A stretch of 63,986 nucleotides of DNA, the filler included, from Lenisia limosa (lineage: Eukaryota; Protista; Breviatea): the NCBI GenBank assembly GCA_001655205.1. It is 20 parts of 20 records of this genome, joined end to end, with 100 filler letters (N's around TTAATTAATTAA, not from the genome) between each part and the next. Parts side by side here need not be neighbours in the genome. Positions count along the whole stretch, not along the records: positions 1 to 2,834 come from LPNZ01009879.1; positions 2,935 to 8,616 come from LPNZ01004755.1; positions 8,717 to 9,808 come from LPNZ01001452.1; positions 9,909 to 13,142 come from LPNZ01006707.1; 16 more parts are not named here. The stretch is one strand, 5' to 3'. A model generated the notes under the pieces. The model was not told the DNA's origin, ran no database searches, and saw only the letters and a program-made list of their open reading frames with translations. The position numbers were made by a program, and so were the translations under genes. Below are positions 1 to 11,395 of this stretch, one piece after another; position 1 is the stretch's first letter; each line of letters starts with the position of its first letter.

Positions 1-75
1 AACATACGAGGGTTGATAACAACAAACAAACACCACACGAGCAACCGACGAGTAAAATTGGAAAAACTATGAAAC
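1..75 (-). repeat. Family B fragments in a PNO1 intron
   Basis: ACGAGGGTTGATAACAACAAAC and GAGTAAAATTGGAAAA. Confidence 0.7.
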
Positions 76-192
76 AGAGTGCAAAGTGCCACCTTCCCAC
101 CCATACTAAGCTTTCAACATTCCCCACCACATTATACATAAGACTATGTTACTTCACATCCTTGGATTTATCCACTTTGTCACTCCACATAC

Positions 193-1448
193 TCTGATTT
201 CAACATTACGCTGTTTTGCGTTGAATCGGATCTGGAGCTTCAACTGCTGCACGATGGGGGTGTAAAGTTTCATCCAATTCTCCTACAAGATGTCAGGGAA
301 TTAAGAGGTGTTTATCCAAGATATGAGGGGATTGAGTAGTAACCTTGAAAGAAAGAGAAAGCTCAATGTATGTGTCATGATTTAGTATTGTCACTTTTTG
401 GACTTTGTACCACAAAACTCAAAACGTAACCCTCCACACCGAAAAATAATAGATGATCCACGAGCCGCCCCCCTGACCATCATCACCATTACCACCACCA
501 TCATCATCATCACTATCACCATCATCGTTAACTATTTAACTATGTAACCATGGTATGAGGTGGTAAGTGTATAATATGCTGGGGACGCACAAAAAAAGCT
601 TTGTGCAAATGATTGGGTGAATTAACTATATTACTACCATTTCTCATCTTTACAGCTTTGACAATATTCAGTCAATTTTTAATAGGGCTTCCGTACAGTC
701 TGAAACTAACGAACATGGATAATTATAATTATCGCAAAGGCTGTGGCAGAAGAAGATTGAACAATGTTCGACCACTTTATAAATGCCCCAAAATAAGCTC
801 AATTAGCCTCCTTCGGCACATATTCTGATTGCTTCCTGAAGCCAGGTCTTCAACTTGAACTGTTCCAACTACGGCTTCACTTCACTCATATCAGAGATAT
901 GGATTATAAGATGATAGATCAGCCCAATCATCCCCGACTGCGAGTGACGGTAACAGGCCGCCATCATTAATTTAGATAATGGGAAATCCAGTAATATAGT
1001 AGTAGTATTATACTATGCCTCGCACCACTCCAGACAAGTGAGTGTGCCACTTCACTGCATTGTGTCAATAAATCCTCGAATACTATCGATATATTACCTA
1101 TCTTATCAGACTGGAGTGAAGCCCACGCATCAACAGAGGATGGCCTGATCCGCAAACCTTTAGAGGCGTGTAGCGGTGAGAGGGAACTGGGACACGTCTG
1201 AACTCACGCTTACCCTCCTAAAAAGCATTAATCGCAATAAGCGTGAGGGAGACGGCCGAAGGGATGATGACGCACCTTTGACTTCTGCACTGTGATGGCC
1301 TCGAACTTGGGAAGCACCTGGTTGGAGGTTTCCTCACTGATTTCTTCCTAAACAAAGGTTAGCACGCAACAGAATGGCTTCATTGACAAACGAGTAAGTC
1401 ATCTTCAACTTCAATTTCGTCAGTAACTACAATTTCCTCTTCAGCCAT
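193..1448 (-). CDS. PNO1: RNA-binding protein PNO1/DIM2 (pre-40S assembly), 5' four exons; 3' part outside window
   Basis: Exons 1448-1392, 1347-1276, 1217-1158 and 282-193, all phase 0 with GT-AG introns. They give MAEEEIV...LPKFEAITVQKSK-EGKREFRRVPVPSHRYTPLK-ENWMKLYTPIVQQLKLQIRFNAKQRNVEIR, matching the PNO1 motif VPxHRYTPLKENWMKIxTPIVxxLxLQIRFN. Confidence 0.93.
572..622 (+). repeat. Family F ~60-bp element
   Basis: TATGCTGGGGA.GCACA.A.AAAGCT.TGTGCA..(gap)..AATGATTGGG is shared with 8507-8575. Confidence 0.6.
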
Positions 1449-1521
1449 CTTGATGATAAGTTATTAACCAGTTTGAAAAGGCTTTTTCAAATTACAAAAG
1501 CTCATATATTCAGTGAGCCGA

Positions 1522-2834
1522 ATGGAGCCATCCATCCTTTTTGGTGAAAATTTGGACGTGTGGCAAATCCTCTTTCTGCTCCTCAATTTAGTTTAGATTT
1601 GTAGAAATACAATAGAAAAGCAATTAAAATCAGCGTTACCTCCACTTAGTTCCTAAATATCCTCCGATACTTCCGCAGTAAGAGTATAGCCGACCTCGCC
1701 TCCCATCCAGGACCATGTAAAACGTGCTGAACAGCCCAGAATGGGAGATATTGTAAGCTTTTTCATCCCCCCTTTCCTAACCGTCGTGAGATCGTATCAC
1801 CCATCCCCTCTTTCCTAGCCGTCGTGAGATCTTATCACCACTGTGGTTTTCTTACCTCCTTCTGTGATTTTATTTTACATGTTAGGGCTAATTAATGTTG
1901 TTTCACAGGTTAACCTTAATTGTACATCATTGTATGTAGCTCCCACCTTCCCACCCAGAAGTTGATCATAGTTCAGTAGAGTTTTTTGCAGTAAAGTCTC
2001 TTTTGAAACTAATAGAGACTTTACTGCAGACCTACTTCCCCCCCCCCCCNNNNNNNNNNNNNNNNNNNNNNNNNNNNNNNNNNNNNNNNNNNNNNNNNNN
2101 NNNNNNNNNNNNNNNNNNNNNNNNNNNNNNNNNNNNNNNNNTCTCTGCCCGCTGAGTCTCGATGCCCCTGGGATTCGTATCTAGGGCTTCACTTCGGTTC
2201 GAAAAAAAAGACTGAATGTCTCGATAAATCTCTGAAAACTATCTATATTTTCCCGAGTTTTTCGAGACGAGGTGAAGCCCTATTTGCATCCCAGGTTGAG
2301 CAGACAATCACCCCCATACACTATAATTTGTGACTACTACCTTTTCGCCACTATTTTCCATTGAAATAGCCTTCGTTTCACTCCCCCAGGATCTTCTTGA
2401 TGCCCTTGAGGGCTTCGCGTCCCAGGTGGAGCAAACCCTGGGGGGCTTGCCACTTCCCTCCGGACCGTATGACTTGAATACGGCCGCAGAACTGCATCAG
2501 AGGAGAAATGAGGTTTGCTCCAGACTTTTTATTAGTTGCATGAATTATACCATCATCTAATATCTTATTTCAAATAAATGTAGTATGGATATTATTCCAT
2601 GTATTTGTATTTTTGTAGGCATTTTCAGTGAGTCCATCTTTCAAGTTGTATTTTTCAGTGAATTAATCATTTATAGGTTCCAAAAGAGGCAAGTACTGCG
2701 CCAATACCGGCAAAATCTCCGCCCCAGCCCTCCCCACATCCGCGAAATTCACCGCAACATGGTGCCAACCAGGCACCCGTAATAGAACAGACCGACCGTC
2801 ATCATCAGCAGCAGCAGCATCACAATGAACAAGA
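1522..2834 (+). CDS. Hypothetical multi-exon protein, 3' truncated
   Basis: ATG 1522 is divergent from PNO1. Phase-0 exons read ...DHVKRAEQPRMGDI | DLLDALEGFASQVEQ...HQRRNE | VPKEASTAPIPAKSPPQ... No family recognised. Confidence 0.55.
1765..1839. repeat. 37-bp tandem duplication
   Basis: CATCCCC..TTTCCTA.CCGTCGTGAGATC.TATCACC x2, just after a donor. Confidence 0.75.
2182..2282. mobile_element. Family A hairpin MITE (subfamily A1)
   Basis: TAGGGCTTCACTTCGGTTCGAAAAAAGAC...GAAGCCCTA terminal inverted repeat, in an intron. Confidence 0.8.
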
Positions 2835-2934
2835 NNNNNNNNNNNNNNNNNNNNNNNNNNNNNNNNNNNNNNNNNNNNTTAATTAATTAANNNNNNNNNN
2901 NNNNNNNNNNNNNNNNNNNNNNNNNNNNNNNNNN
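2835..2934. other. Artificial scaffold-joining spacer (first of 19)
   Basis: 44 N + TTAATTAATTAA (stop codon in all six frames) + 44 N. The same core occurs at 2879, 8661, 9853, 13187, 14360, 15963, 17991, 20641, 25388, 31325, 33563, 40842, 46679, 48756, 49986, 53760, 58940, 61101 and 62528. Confidence 0.97.
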
Positions 2935-3062
2935 GTTGTCGGTCAGTTGATTTTAGGATTTTTTGTTTCATAAATTATCCAATTTTACTCTTTTTTGAGT
3001 CCCATCCCTCTATTTGCTCATTTCTGCTGTACCATTACCACAATTTCGGTTAACACCTGCAG

Positions 3063-3122
3063 GTTGCCGACCCCGCCATCCCCGAGGGCTCCTCCAACAA
3101 CCATTGGGACATCTACTGCTAA
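3063..3122 (+). CDS. Terminal exon of an unknown gene
   Basis: After a cag acceptor: VADPAIPEGSSNNHWDIYC*. GC-richer than the flanks. Confidence 0.45.
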   Translation, partial: VADPAIPEGSSNNHWDIYC

Positions 3123-3176
3123 GTCACGTACCAATGCATGTTTTCTTCCGTGTTTCATGAGGTGAAATCGGCTAAA

Positions 3177-6100
3177 TCAGGAAATCGCTCCAGCACTGCC
3201 CTGCCCTGCCTGACAAAGCTATTGAAATAAAATACAAAAACAGCAAAACTGCTGAAGTTAATAGGTGGCGGCAACCTTGAGATCCGGTATCGCTGCAATC
3301 CAGGCATAGTTCTCGGAATCAGCCTGATTGGATTAGACCGCATGCAACAAATAAAAAATCAGAGGGTCTTTCAATTTGAAGTTCCAGTTTGCCCACTGTT
3401 GTTTTCCAGCGACAAATGAAAGTGAAACCCTCGGTAGTAACGGTCGTGACAGCTGCAGTGTGAAACTCAAAAGAGTTGGCGATGAGAAATAAAAAATAAG
3501 ACATTGGCTGGACGCTGCCCCCCTACCCTTAAATACATTGTAGGATATATATATATCATATTATCTAAATATATATATGATAAAAACATGGATTTATATA
3601 AATGTTTTCTATTTTACTATAAAATTATACTATATGACGACCCCCCCCCCCCANNNNNNNNNNNNNNNNNNNNNNNNNNNNNNNNNNNNNNNNNNNNNCA
3701 ACAGCAAACAGAAGGACCCCCATTGTTGGCTTCTTGTACGGTGATATGCACAACCGGGATGAGAGAAAAGACGGTTGCGAAGGTCACACTTTTCTGGAAG
3801 GTTAATCCCCCCGACCGAAGTCCCTGATAACCCCAAATATAGGTTTTATTACCACCAAATCATTCTTATTGGTAAATCATCCAATAGCATCACCCACAGT
3901 TTGCACAACTCCATACTGCACTTTGGTTGCGTCAAACACAGAGGGTGTCAGCGCAACAACGCTGTATGGTACGTTGGTCCTGCGCCAGTCAGAGTAGAAT
4001 ACTAGACTTGCTGGTATCCATTTCTTGGTAAACTACTGAACGTTCTAATCTTACAAAAGGGAGGTCAGGCAGAATGATGAAAGTAAGAGTTAAAAAAGGA
4101 ATGACGTTTCCATCATCAGGTAATGTTTGATATTGCCCCTACTTGGAAGAAGGTTTCAGAGATTCCTCAGTGTAGCAACGTGAGATGAAGGAAGATGCGG
4201 TCGGAGTAAAATCAAGTCGGCACTATGGGTATTAATACAAATGTGGCCTGATGCCATTTTGAGCATTATGACTTTTCTGTGAACGTTTTGCACATGATAT
4301 CGTCCACCAAACATTCTTCCTATATTATAGTGGATGATCATATGAACATACATGTATAGTGGTAATAATACACACTGAATTATTGCCACAATCATCCAGT
4401 TTTGACCCCCCTCCCCCACATCCATGGGCTGGTCAATGCCTTTTACTGCCATGTCACCCTCAACAAAAACAGTGGGTACTGCTTTCAAGGCGGGTGTGGT
4501 ATTGGCACCTGTTGTGCCGTACGCGCCAGCCTAAGGAGTTATCTCATTCTCAGGGGTTCTTTTGAGATGATGTGTTCACTGGCAATAAAATATGACATAG
4601 TATTGGAATTACGAAGCCTTGACAACGCCACGAACATGGAAATCAGAGTAGCTGTTCGTGTTGGTGTAAAAGAAGAATACGTAGACTTCCTCAGCTCCAA
4701 CAGCAGGGTTAGCCTAAATCATGAAACTGAAGGACATATGTCGTAGATATGCCTAAAAAAAAAAAAAAAAAAAAAAANNNNNNNNNNNNNNNNNNNNNNN
4801 NNNNNNNNNNNNNNNNNNNNNNNNNNNNNNNNNNNNNNNNNNNNNNNNNNNNNNNNNNNNNNNNNNNNNGAAGAGGGGACAATAGACCCACATCCTGCCA
4901 GTCACAGATCCAGACATGCACTGAAGAGGCATTACGTCCGTACACCGCAGCCTGTAATGGGCTACTGCCTGCGTCAGCCTGATGGGGTAATAAGTAGGGT
5001 TTCCATAAGGTCCAAAAAAGACCGTTAAAATATCGATAGTTATCAGTGGATTATCGGGAAATTCAGTAATTGTTGGGACCGTAGGGAAGCCCTTGGAATA
5101 AGTCCTCGCTACGGTAAAAAAAGACTAAATATTCCAATAAATCCTCAAAACATATCAACAATCCCAGCCTTTCTCTGAAAGTGAAGCGACTTTTCGGAAC
5201 AAACTGACACTTCGTGGCTCTTTGTTTAGGTCCCCCCCCCCCCNNNNNNNNNNNNNNNNNNNNNNNNNNNNNNNNNNNNNNNNNNNNNNNNNNNNNNNNN
5301 NNNNNNNNNNNNNNNNNNNNNNNNNNNNNNNNNNNNNNNNNTCTCAGGCAGTTCGACAACAAAATCGTTCCCGGGAGCCACCTAAAGCAGTTAAACTGTC
5401 GTGTGTTATCACATAATTGGCAATGAAGTGACTTGAAGATGATATATTTTGGAGAAATTAGAAACAACAATTGATGTCTGTTGGAAGCCGTTCATGCTTC
5501 ATGAGTACTACAGGGGAACAATATGCTGTGTTTTGTTTAAACCAGGGTTACAATCAGATATATGTTAAACTGATTATATATTATACGCAGTAGCTATATA
5601 CATGTATAGTATATATATATATATATATATGCATATATAATTATATATACTATCATATATAATACGTAGTTGATTAACGACAGATGGTAGATAATTGGTT
5701 CAGGTAAAGCCTCTTACATAGCGCCTTGCTATGACGTACATTCGGTCGACACGCATCTAAACGGATAAGAACAGCAATTTGAAAAGGTCTCGAGTTCAAT
5801 AAAGTAGCAATATAACAAGATTATACCAATATAAACTTGATTTTGCTTAAGAAGCGAAAATCGAAGATAACCCCCCTCACCCACAGATAATTCATCGATT
5901 GAGCTTCGCAGGTCCGTTAAAAGTGCGGTCATTTCATCGACTGCACTGTCCAAATGCGCCTTGTTGATCACATCGTCCGCGGCTGTTGCAAGAGCTCTCA
6001 CCCTACTGAGTTAAAACTATGGGATTTGAAAATTTAAAGGTAATCGACATAGATCGAGAAGATGCTTGGATTCAGAATGAGTGAACGGAAGTTATTCACA

Positions 6101-6339
6101 TATCACACCCGTAGGCTAATCTTTGATCCTGTACTCAAATAATCCATTGGGTTTCCTTGCCCTGAAGCTATACCGTATCATATGATCATAGAGGTGAATG
6201 GAAACACCATAACACATGCCACCAACTTTGCGGAGTTGAAAATCGCTGTTCCTTGGGTGTCATAAACGTAGCAAGATGACAACACAAAGAGCCTGGGACC
6301 GTCAAAGCAACTGAGTAGGTGTAGAAGCGAGTCATGCAT
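3177..6339 (-). CDS. Multi-exon hypothetical protein: neck/coiled-coil followed by tandem beta-rich repeats resembling H-type lectin / tail-fibre C-terminal domains
   Basis: Spliced exons: ...FEVRALATAADDVINKAHLDSAVDEMTALLTDLRSSIDELS|MRVDRM..., AAVYGRNASSVHVWICDWQD|ANPAVGAEEVYVFFF, TPALKAVPTVFVEG, VPYSVVAL...VQYGVVQT|GLRSGGLTFQKSVTFATVFSLIPVVHITVQEANNG|AVTTVTTEGFTFICRWKTT|ADSENYAWIAAIP. Some junctions, the start and the stop are uncertain. Confidence 0.55.
4995..5094. mobile_element. Family A MITE (subfamily A2)
   Basis: TAGGGTTTCCATAAGGTCC...GGGACCGTAGGGAAGCCCT. Confidence 0.75.
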
Positions 6340-7113
6340 GGTTGCCACTTTCCAACCATGAAAAATACGAAGAGGGGAATAAAGAAAACCAATTAAGGGT
6401 CTTTGAAATTCAGTTGTATACATATTGCATATGTTCTCTTTCAACATTTTAAAATTCAAGCATAGAGCAAACTCTTTATCAACACAGCTCTATTCCGTCT
6501 AGAACCCACTAACAGGCAAAATGTGAGAATTGTCAGCACGATTCTGTGATTTGGCAAGGTCATTGCTGGAGATGGGTGGAGGTGCACAACTCTATGAAAC
6601 CACGACTACAAACTAACACACTTGCCGTCACAGTAATAAACACGAAAAACTACTCCCCTAATCTAGAGAGAGATTCATTGGGAAATTCCTCACACCGGTA
6701 TGAACTGTTTTTCGGGCCGGGTAGCCAAAACGAGTTTATAAAAAACGTATCGGTGTGGTTTTTTGATCTAAGAGGACTCAGTCTAAGTTGAAGGGTCCTA
6801 TATTCCTATAAAGCTCAATAAAATACTAATATATCAATAAAAAAACCATCAAATCAGAAAACACAAGCATACTAATCGAAACAATAACTTAAATTCTATG
6901 GAATCTGCATGACAGCCCGTCAACATCACTATCTGTGTCCGAACTAGAATGGTGAAATTGGCTCCTGCGGCTCAAAATAATCAAGTAATCTCATATCAAG
7001 GCACCTAGTCATTCGGGTTGAAGTACTCCCCATTGAAACACTTACTAACAAACACAACCCTCCTCGAACACAAAAACAACAACAAAAAATAACATTTCAC
7101 AATTTGAGTCCTC

Positions 7114-8065
7114 TCACTCATCAGATTCTTCCTTCGCCTCCTTCTTCTCCTTCTTCTTTAGTAGGGCATGGGCGTACACCTTGAAGTTCAGTTTCACCCC
7201 AAAAAGGGTATTTAGACAATTCAATAAATTGAAAACGCTGGTGCTAGCGGAAAAGAGCGCATCATGGTGACAGGGCTAGAACAATCTACACTCCATGCAA
7301 TCGGGCCAAACCTTGCAAGCATGAATATTGGTATGCTTCTCTGAAAGCCACTGAGACACTCCCTCTGCAATCAAATGGCCTTGCTCCTAAAAGTTAAGTA
7401 ACTCTAATTCATGTATCCGTTAGCCCAGTTGTGTAGTCCCACCACCAAATGCTCCTGCGTGTATTGACAAGAGGCGTAGGGGCCTGTTGTGCTACCAAGG
7501 AAGGATGCTTCCACTGTGTACGACAGATCCACCTAGAAGTAACCATAAATAGGAGTAATACCATTAAACTGCCCAAAAAACTAATACATTGAGAAGAATG
7601 GTACAGATTCCAGTGGGAACCACCTTCGGATTTGCGTGTGAACCACCCACATTGAACTCCTTGTGAACCACCACTCGAGCGGCGGAGTTTTTGCTCTTCA
7701 GCATCTTAAAGCGACAGCGGTCGAAGAGGAAGGCGGGGGATAGGCTGTCTTTATGGTGTCAATACGACTAAGTACGGAAGCGAAGTGAACCCCTTGGACC
7801 TGTTTTTTATCACCCCGCCAGGGCTTCACTTCGGTTCGAAAAATAACAACAAAATATCGATAGTTTTCGAGGAGTTATCGAGCAAATCAGTCTTTTTTCG
7901 AACCGAAGTGAAGCCTCACCCCCCACCCCCACCAATGAACAAGGGAAGTCCTGCGTTTTTGTTACCACATCCGTAGGCGAAGATGTCGCTTGATCTCGAG
8001 TGGCCGTGGAGGTCAATGAACACTGACGCGGTTCGTCCGTCCAGACAGCATTGTCGGATCATGGA
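7114..8065 (-). CDS. Cytosolic carboxypeptidase (peptidase M14D, AGBL/CCP family), C-terminal part
   Basis: Exons give VFIDLHGHSRSSDIFAYGC, SLSPAFLFDRCRFKMLKSKNSAARVVVHKEFN|VDLSYTVEASFLGS and an acidic/basic tail ending ESDE*. These match the CCP motifs DxHGHSRK..F.YG and SYTxExSF.G. Confidence 0.88.
7820..7916. mobile_element. Family A MITE (A1), in CCP intron
   Basis: Near-perfect ~22-bp TIR. Confidence 0.8.
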
Positions 8066-8148
8066 CTGGGGAAGTGGTTAAGGAAATTCATGAAACATCA
8101 ACGCGCGTTTCTTGATCAAAAAATGGAGTTGTCACAATGAGTAATAGT

Positions 8149-8247
8149 TAGGGCTTCACTTCGGTTCGAAAAAACTCTGAAAAATATCGATAGTTTTCGA
8201 GGATCTATCGAGACATTCAGTCTTTTTTCGAACCGAAGTGAAGCCCT
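8149..8247. mobile_element. Family A MITE (A1)
   Basis: Near-perfect ~23-bp TIR. Confidence 0.82.
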
Positions 8248-8400
8248 TGTTGTACTAGCTATTTCCCTGTTCTTAGTTTCTCTGTACGGAATGTGTATTG
8301 TTTTCCTTTAACTGATTGATACATCCATTCTCAAACCACAAAAGAAAAGACCATTTCTGTTTCATATATTTTCCAATTTTACCCCCCCCCCCCCACAAAC

Positions 8401-8471
8401 CACAAAGAAAAGAGCATGGCCATCAGTAAGCTTGGAAAACTCAAATATGTCAAAATCCAAAGAATCACAAT
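8401..8471 (-). CDS. Exon resembling the N-terminal helix of a class I cyclic-nucleotide phosphodiesterase catalytic domain
   Basis: tag|..DCDSLDFDIFEFSKLTDGHALFFV|gtttgt resembles the PDE7-type motif NFDIFLFDRLTNGNSL. Single exon only. Confidence 0.55.
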
Positions 8472-8717
8472 CTAAAGCGTAAATAGTAGTCTATATCTAT
8501 GATAAATGAAGTATGCTGGGGAGGCACACAGAAAGCTGTGTGCACAGAGTTGTAAGGCAAATGATTGGGCTATAATCCAATATCTCTTATTAGCGTGATG
8601 GTTAGTCCCCCCCCCCNNNNNNNNNNNNNNNNNNNNNNNNNNNNNNNNNNNNNNNNNNNNTTAATTAATTAANNNNNNNNNNNNNNNNNNNNNNNNNNNN
8701 NNNNNNNNNNNNNNNNT

Positions 8718-8770
8718 AAGTGTGATGGTGTGGACGGCTTCGGCCCGATACAACCTTATTTTATTTCTCA
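8718..8770 (+). repeat. Family C ~50-bp dispersed element
   Basis: TAAGYGTGATGGTGTGGACGGCTTCGGCCMGATACAACCTTATT. Also at 9985-10033(-), 33037-33080(+), 33368-33408(-), 58306-58326(+) and 63299-63322(-). Confidence 0.7.
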
Positions 8771-8817
8771 TCTCATCTCAACATGGAATTGTATTGAGAT
8801 ACCAAATCCGTTGTAAA

Positions 8818-9267
8818 GAGTCTCACTCACGACCAGTTGTGCCATTGGAGTGGGCTTCTCAACCCTTGCTGTCCTCCCGGCCTCGTGTGACCCTAGTGCT
8901 TCGGTCGTAACGTGGAAGGACGGTCGATTCGTTATCAAGGCCATTGCCCCTGTTTCTAAAGGTTGAGATTGCCAAGTTGCTGTCACAATCTCGGACATAC
9001 TAGAATATGTCTTTTTCTGTTGGGCTTCCAAATTTCCGACAGATTAATGCGTTTTCTTGCCCTTTGTCACCTTCCTCCCTTTCACCCCGTACGTTTTCAA
9101 CCCCTAACCCATACAGGTAGTCCCTTCACAATCTCCTGCGACATTTCAGGGGTTGTTCAAACCCAGAAGAAGCGGTCCTCTATTGTCCTTGCAAAGCGCG
9201 GGAACCCTTGTGCTTGGTTGGGTGGCGGTAATCATAGAAGTGTCGTAGGCGATGTTGAATTGAAATA
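8818..9267 (+). CDS. Hypothetical protein fragment
   Basis: Possible spliced frame VSLTTSCAIG...VIKAIAPVSK|GSPFTISCDISG...; boundaries uncertain. Confidence 0.3.
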
Positions 9268-9356
9268 GAGGTGACTGTGGTTGCTTACCAATAAATCCAC
9301 TCCTCCTCCCATATATACCTTGTCCCCTTGTCCCCAATGCGTGTGAGCCCAATTTC

Positions 9357-9528
9357 TAGGGCTTCCTTACGGTTCGAAAAAGACAAATATCGATATTTAT
9401 CGAGGATTGAGACATTCAGTCCTACCCCCTCTAGGGTTTCACTTTGGTTCGAAAAAGGACTGAATTTCTGGATAAACCTCGAAAATAATCGATATTTTAC
9501 TGGTATTTTTCGAACCGAAGTGAAGCCC
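9357..9528. mobile_element. Two adjacent family A copies (partial + full)
   Basis: Two TAGGG-started left arms and one right arm. Confidence 0.75.
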
Positions 9529-10269
9529 CCCCCCCCCCATCACCAGAATCTGATCTCAAAGAATTATTGTCACTTTACGTGGGGATATATATAATATATA
9601 TATAATTAGTATAATTATATACATATTGATCGTGATCAGTCCCGAAATGCATTGGGCTTTATCATCAGTAAATCACTATCGGGTCAGTGTATCAGCTCAA
9701 AGTAACACGGCAGTGTTCGCTGCCGTTCCCCCAGAAACTCAGAAGAAGACACTGCAATGAGACAAGTCAGATCCATGCTCAAGACTGTAGACAACCCCGG
9801 AATGATTANNNNNNNNNNNNNNNNNNNNNNNNNNNNNNNNNNNNNNNNNNNNTTAATTAATTAANNNNNNNNNNNNNNNNNNNNNNNNNNNNNNNNNNNN
9901 NNNNNNNNTTTTTGTGGATAGGGATATATATGTATATAGTATATTATACATATGATAACTACATACATATGAATGAGAATAAAAAAAAACAACGTTGTGT
10001 CTGGTTGAAGCCGTCCACACGATCACGCTTGTAAGAAATATTGAAGTATAGTGTAATACGAGTTCAATGCACTATTTTGGTAAACTCTCCCTCTAGGCTC
10101 GCAGACAGCTTACCCCCCACCCCCCACTATTTATTATTTTCCATCCTTCCAGTAACACACCTCCCCCAATACTCTTTTAGTTCTCTTAAACGTCCTTTCG
10201 AAAATTCTGAATGCCACTCCCCTCAGAAAACAACACCACTCAATGCTCCCTATCCTCTCACATCAGCCA

Positions 10270-11395
10270 CGGCAGAGAGAACGTCTAAGACTGCCTGATT
10301 TTCTTCGTAGGGCTGTGGCGGGTAAAATTAGACAATTTAAGAAACAAAAAAAAGCCCAAATCAAACAAAATCTCAGGCCAGTCACTACTGCAGCGGGTCA
10401 ATTTATAAAACGCAAAAAAAGCCCAAAATCAAATCCTGTTGGCNNNNNNNNNNNNNNNNNNNNNNNNNNNNNNNNNNNNNNNNNNNNNNNNNNNNNNNNN
10501 NNNNNNNNNNNNNNNNNNNNNNNNNNNNNNNNNNNNNNNNNNNNNNNNNNNNNNNNCACAAGCAATCGAGAACGCTCCTACCTTGGTGGGCGTACTGAAC
10601 CGTGGAAGGGACGGCACTGATGAATTCGAGCTTAAACCGTTCCTAAAGCGGATGACGAAAAAACAGACTATTCCTATTGAATACAAGAAAATAGATTGAG
10701 AGCAGGCACTTAATTTAAATAATAAAAACCTGGGGTAGAATACTTGAATATGACGGCTACATAACAATCCTCCTTCAACTCTTACCCTCCTTAAAACAAC
10801 TCACCTTGGCCTTTGCAGGTGCAGGGCAAGAAACTTGGCAAGTTTGTTGGTGATTCCTCCAGACCCCCAAATCTGTGCTGAAGTCAGACACGCTCTGGGG
10901 GGGGGGGGGGCNNNNNNNNNNNNNNNNNNNNNNNNNNNNNNNNNNNNNNNNNNNNNNNNNNNNNNNNNNNNNNNNNNNNNNNNNNNNNNNNNNNNNNNNT
11001 AACTGACAACTCATGTAGGTTAAGAATAACAATACAAATAAATCCCAGTCCAGTCGCTTGTGCAGCACCGCATCCGCCTTATCCTCAAAAAAATACTTTT
11101 CACATCACAAATCATGAACTTTCAGTCACCATAAAATATAAATACAACAGCAACATTTCTATCGTCACCATTAACAAGCATTATCATCATTATTACTACT
11201 ATTAACAAATATCATTATCATCATCAACAATCATCATTATAATTATTATTTATCATTATCATCATCATCACCACCACCATCAACATTATCATCATCATCA
11301 TTATTACCTGAAGTCTGCCGCAGCGCTCTCAATAAGCCGCGTCGACGCAAGGTGGCGTGCCGCGTTTGAGGCGTTACTGGCCTGGGGGTGGTTCC
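10270..11395 (-). CDS. Hypothetical multi-exon protein fragment
   Basis: Phase-compatible exons NHPQASNASNAARHLASTRLIESAAADFR|ACLTSAQIWGSGGITNKLAKFLALHLQRPR|, with strong gtaat and gtgag donors. Confidence 0.4.
11160..11303. repeat. Degenerate (ATC/ATT/ACC)n microsatellite
   Basis: Similar tracts at 476-530, 44095-44170, 44222-44262 and 44910-44977. Confidence 0.8.

Noticed and set aside
800-870. Short minus-strand exon-like frame LEQFKLKTWLQEAIRICAEGG* inside PNO1 intron 3
   Set aside because: PNO1 exons join perfectly without it, it borders decayed family A fragments, and no partner exon was found.
1650-1752. Possible selenoprotein: frame reading ..PGPCKTC-TGA-TAQNGRY
   Set aside because: Another frame of the same exon (DHVKRAEQPRMGDI) has no stop and joins the next exon in phase 0, whereas the TGA frame ends in an incompatible phase. 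No SECIS was identified.
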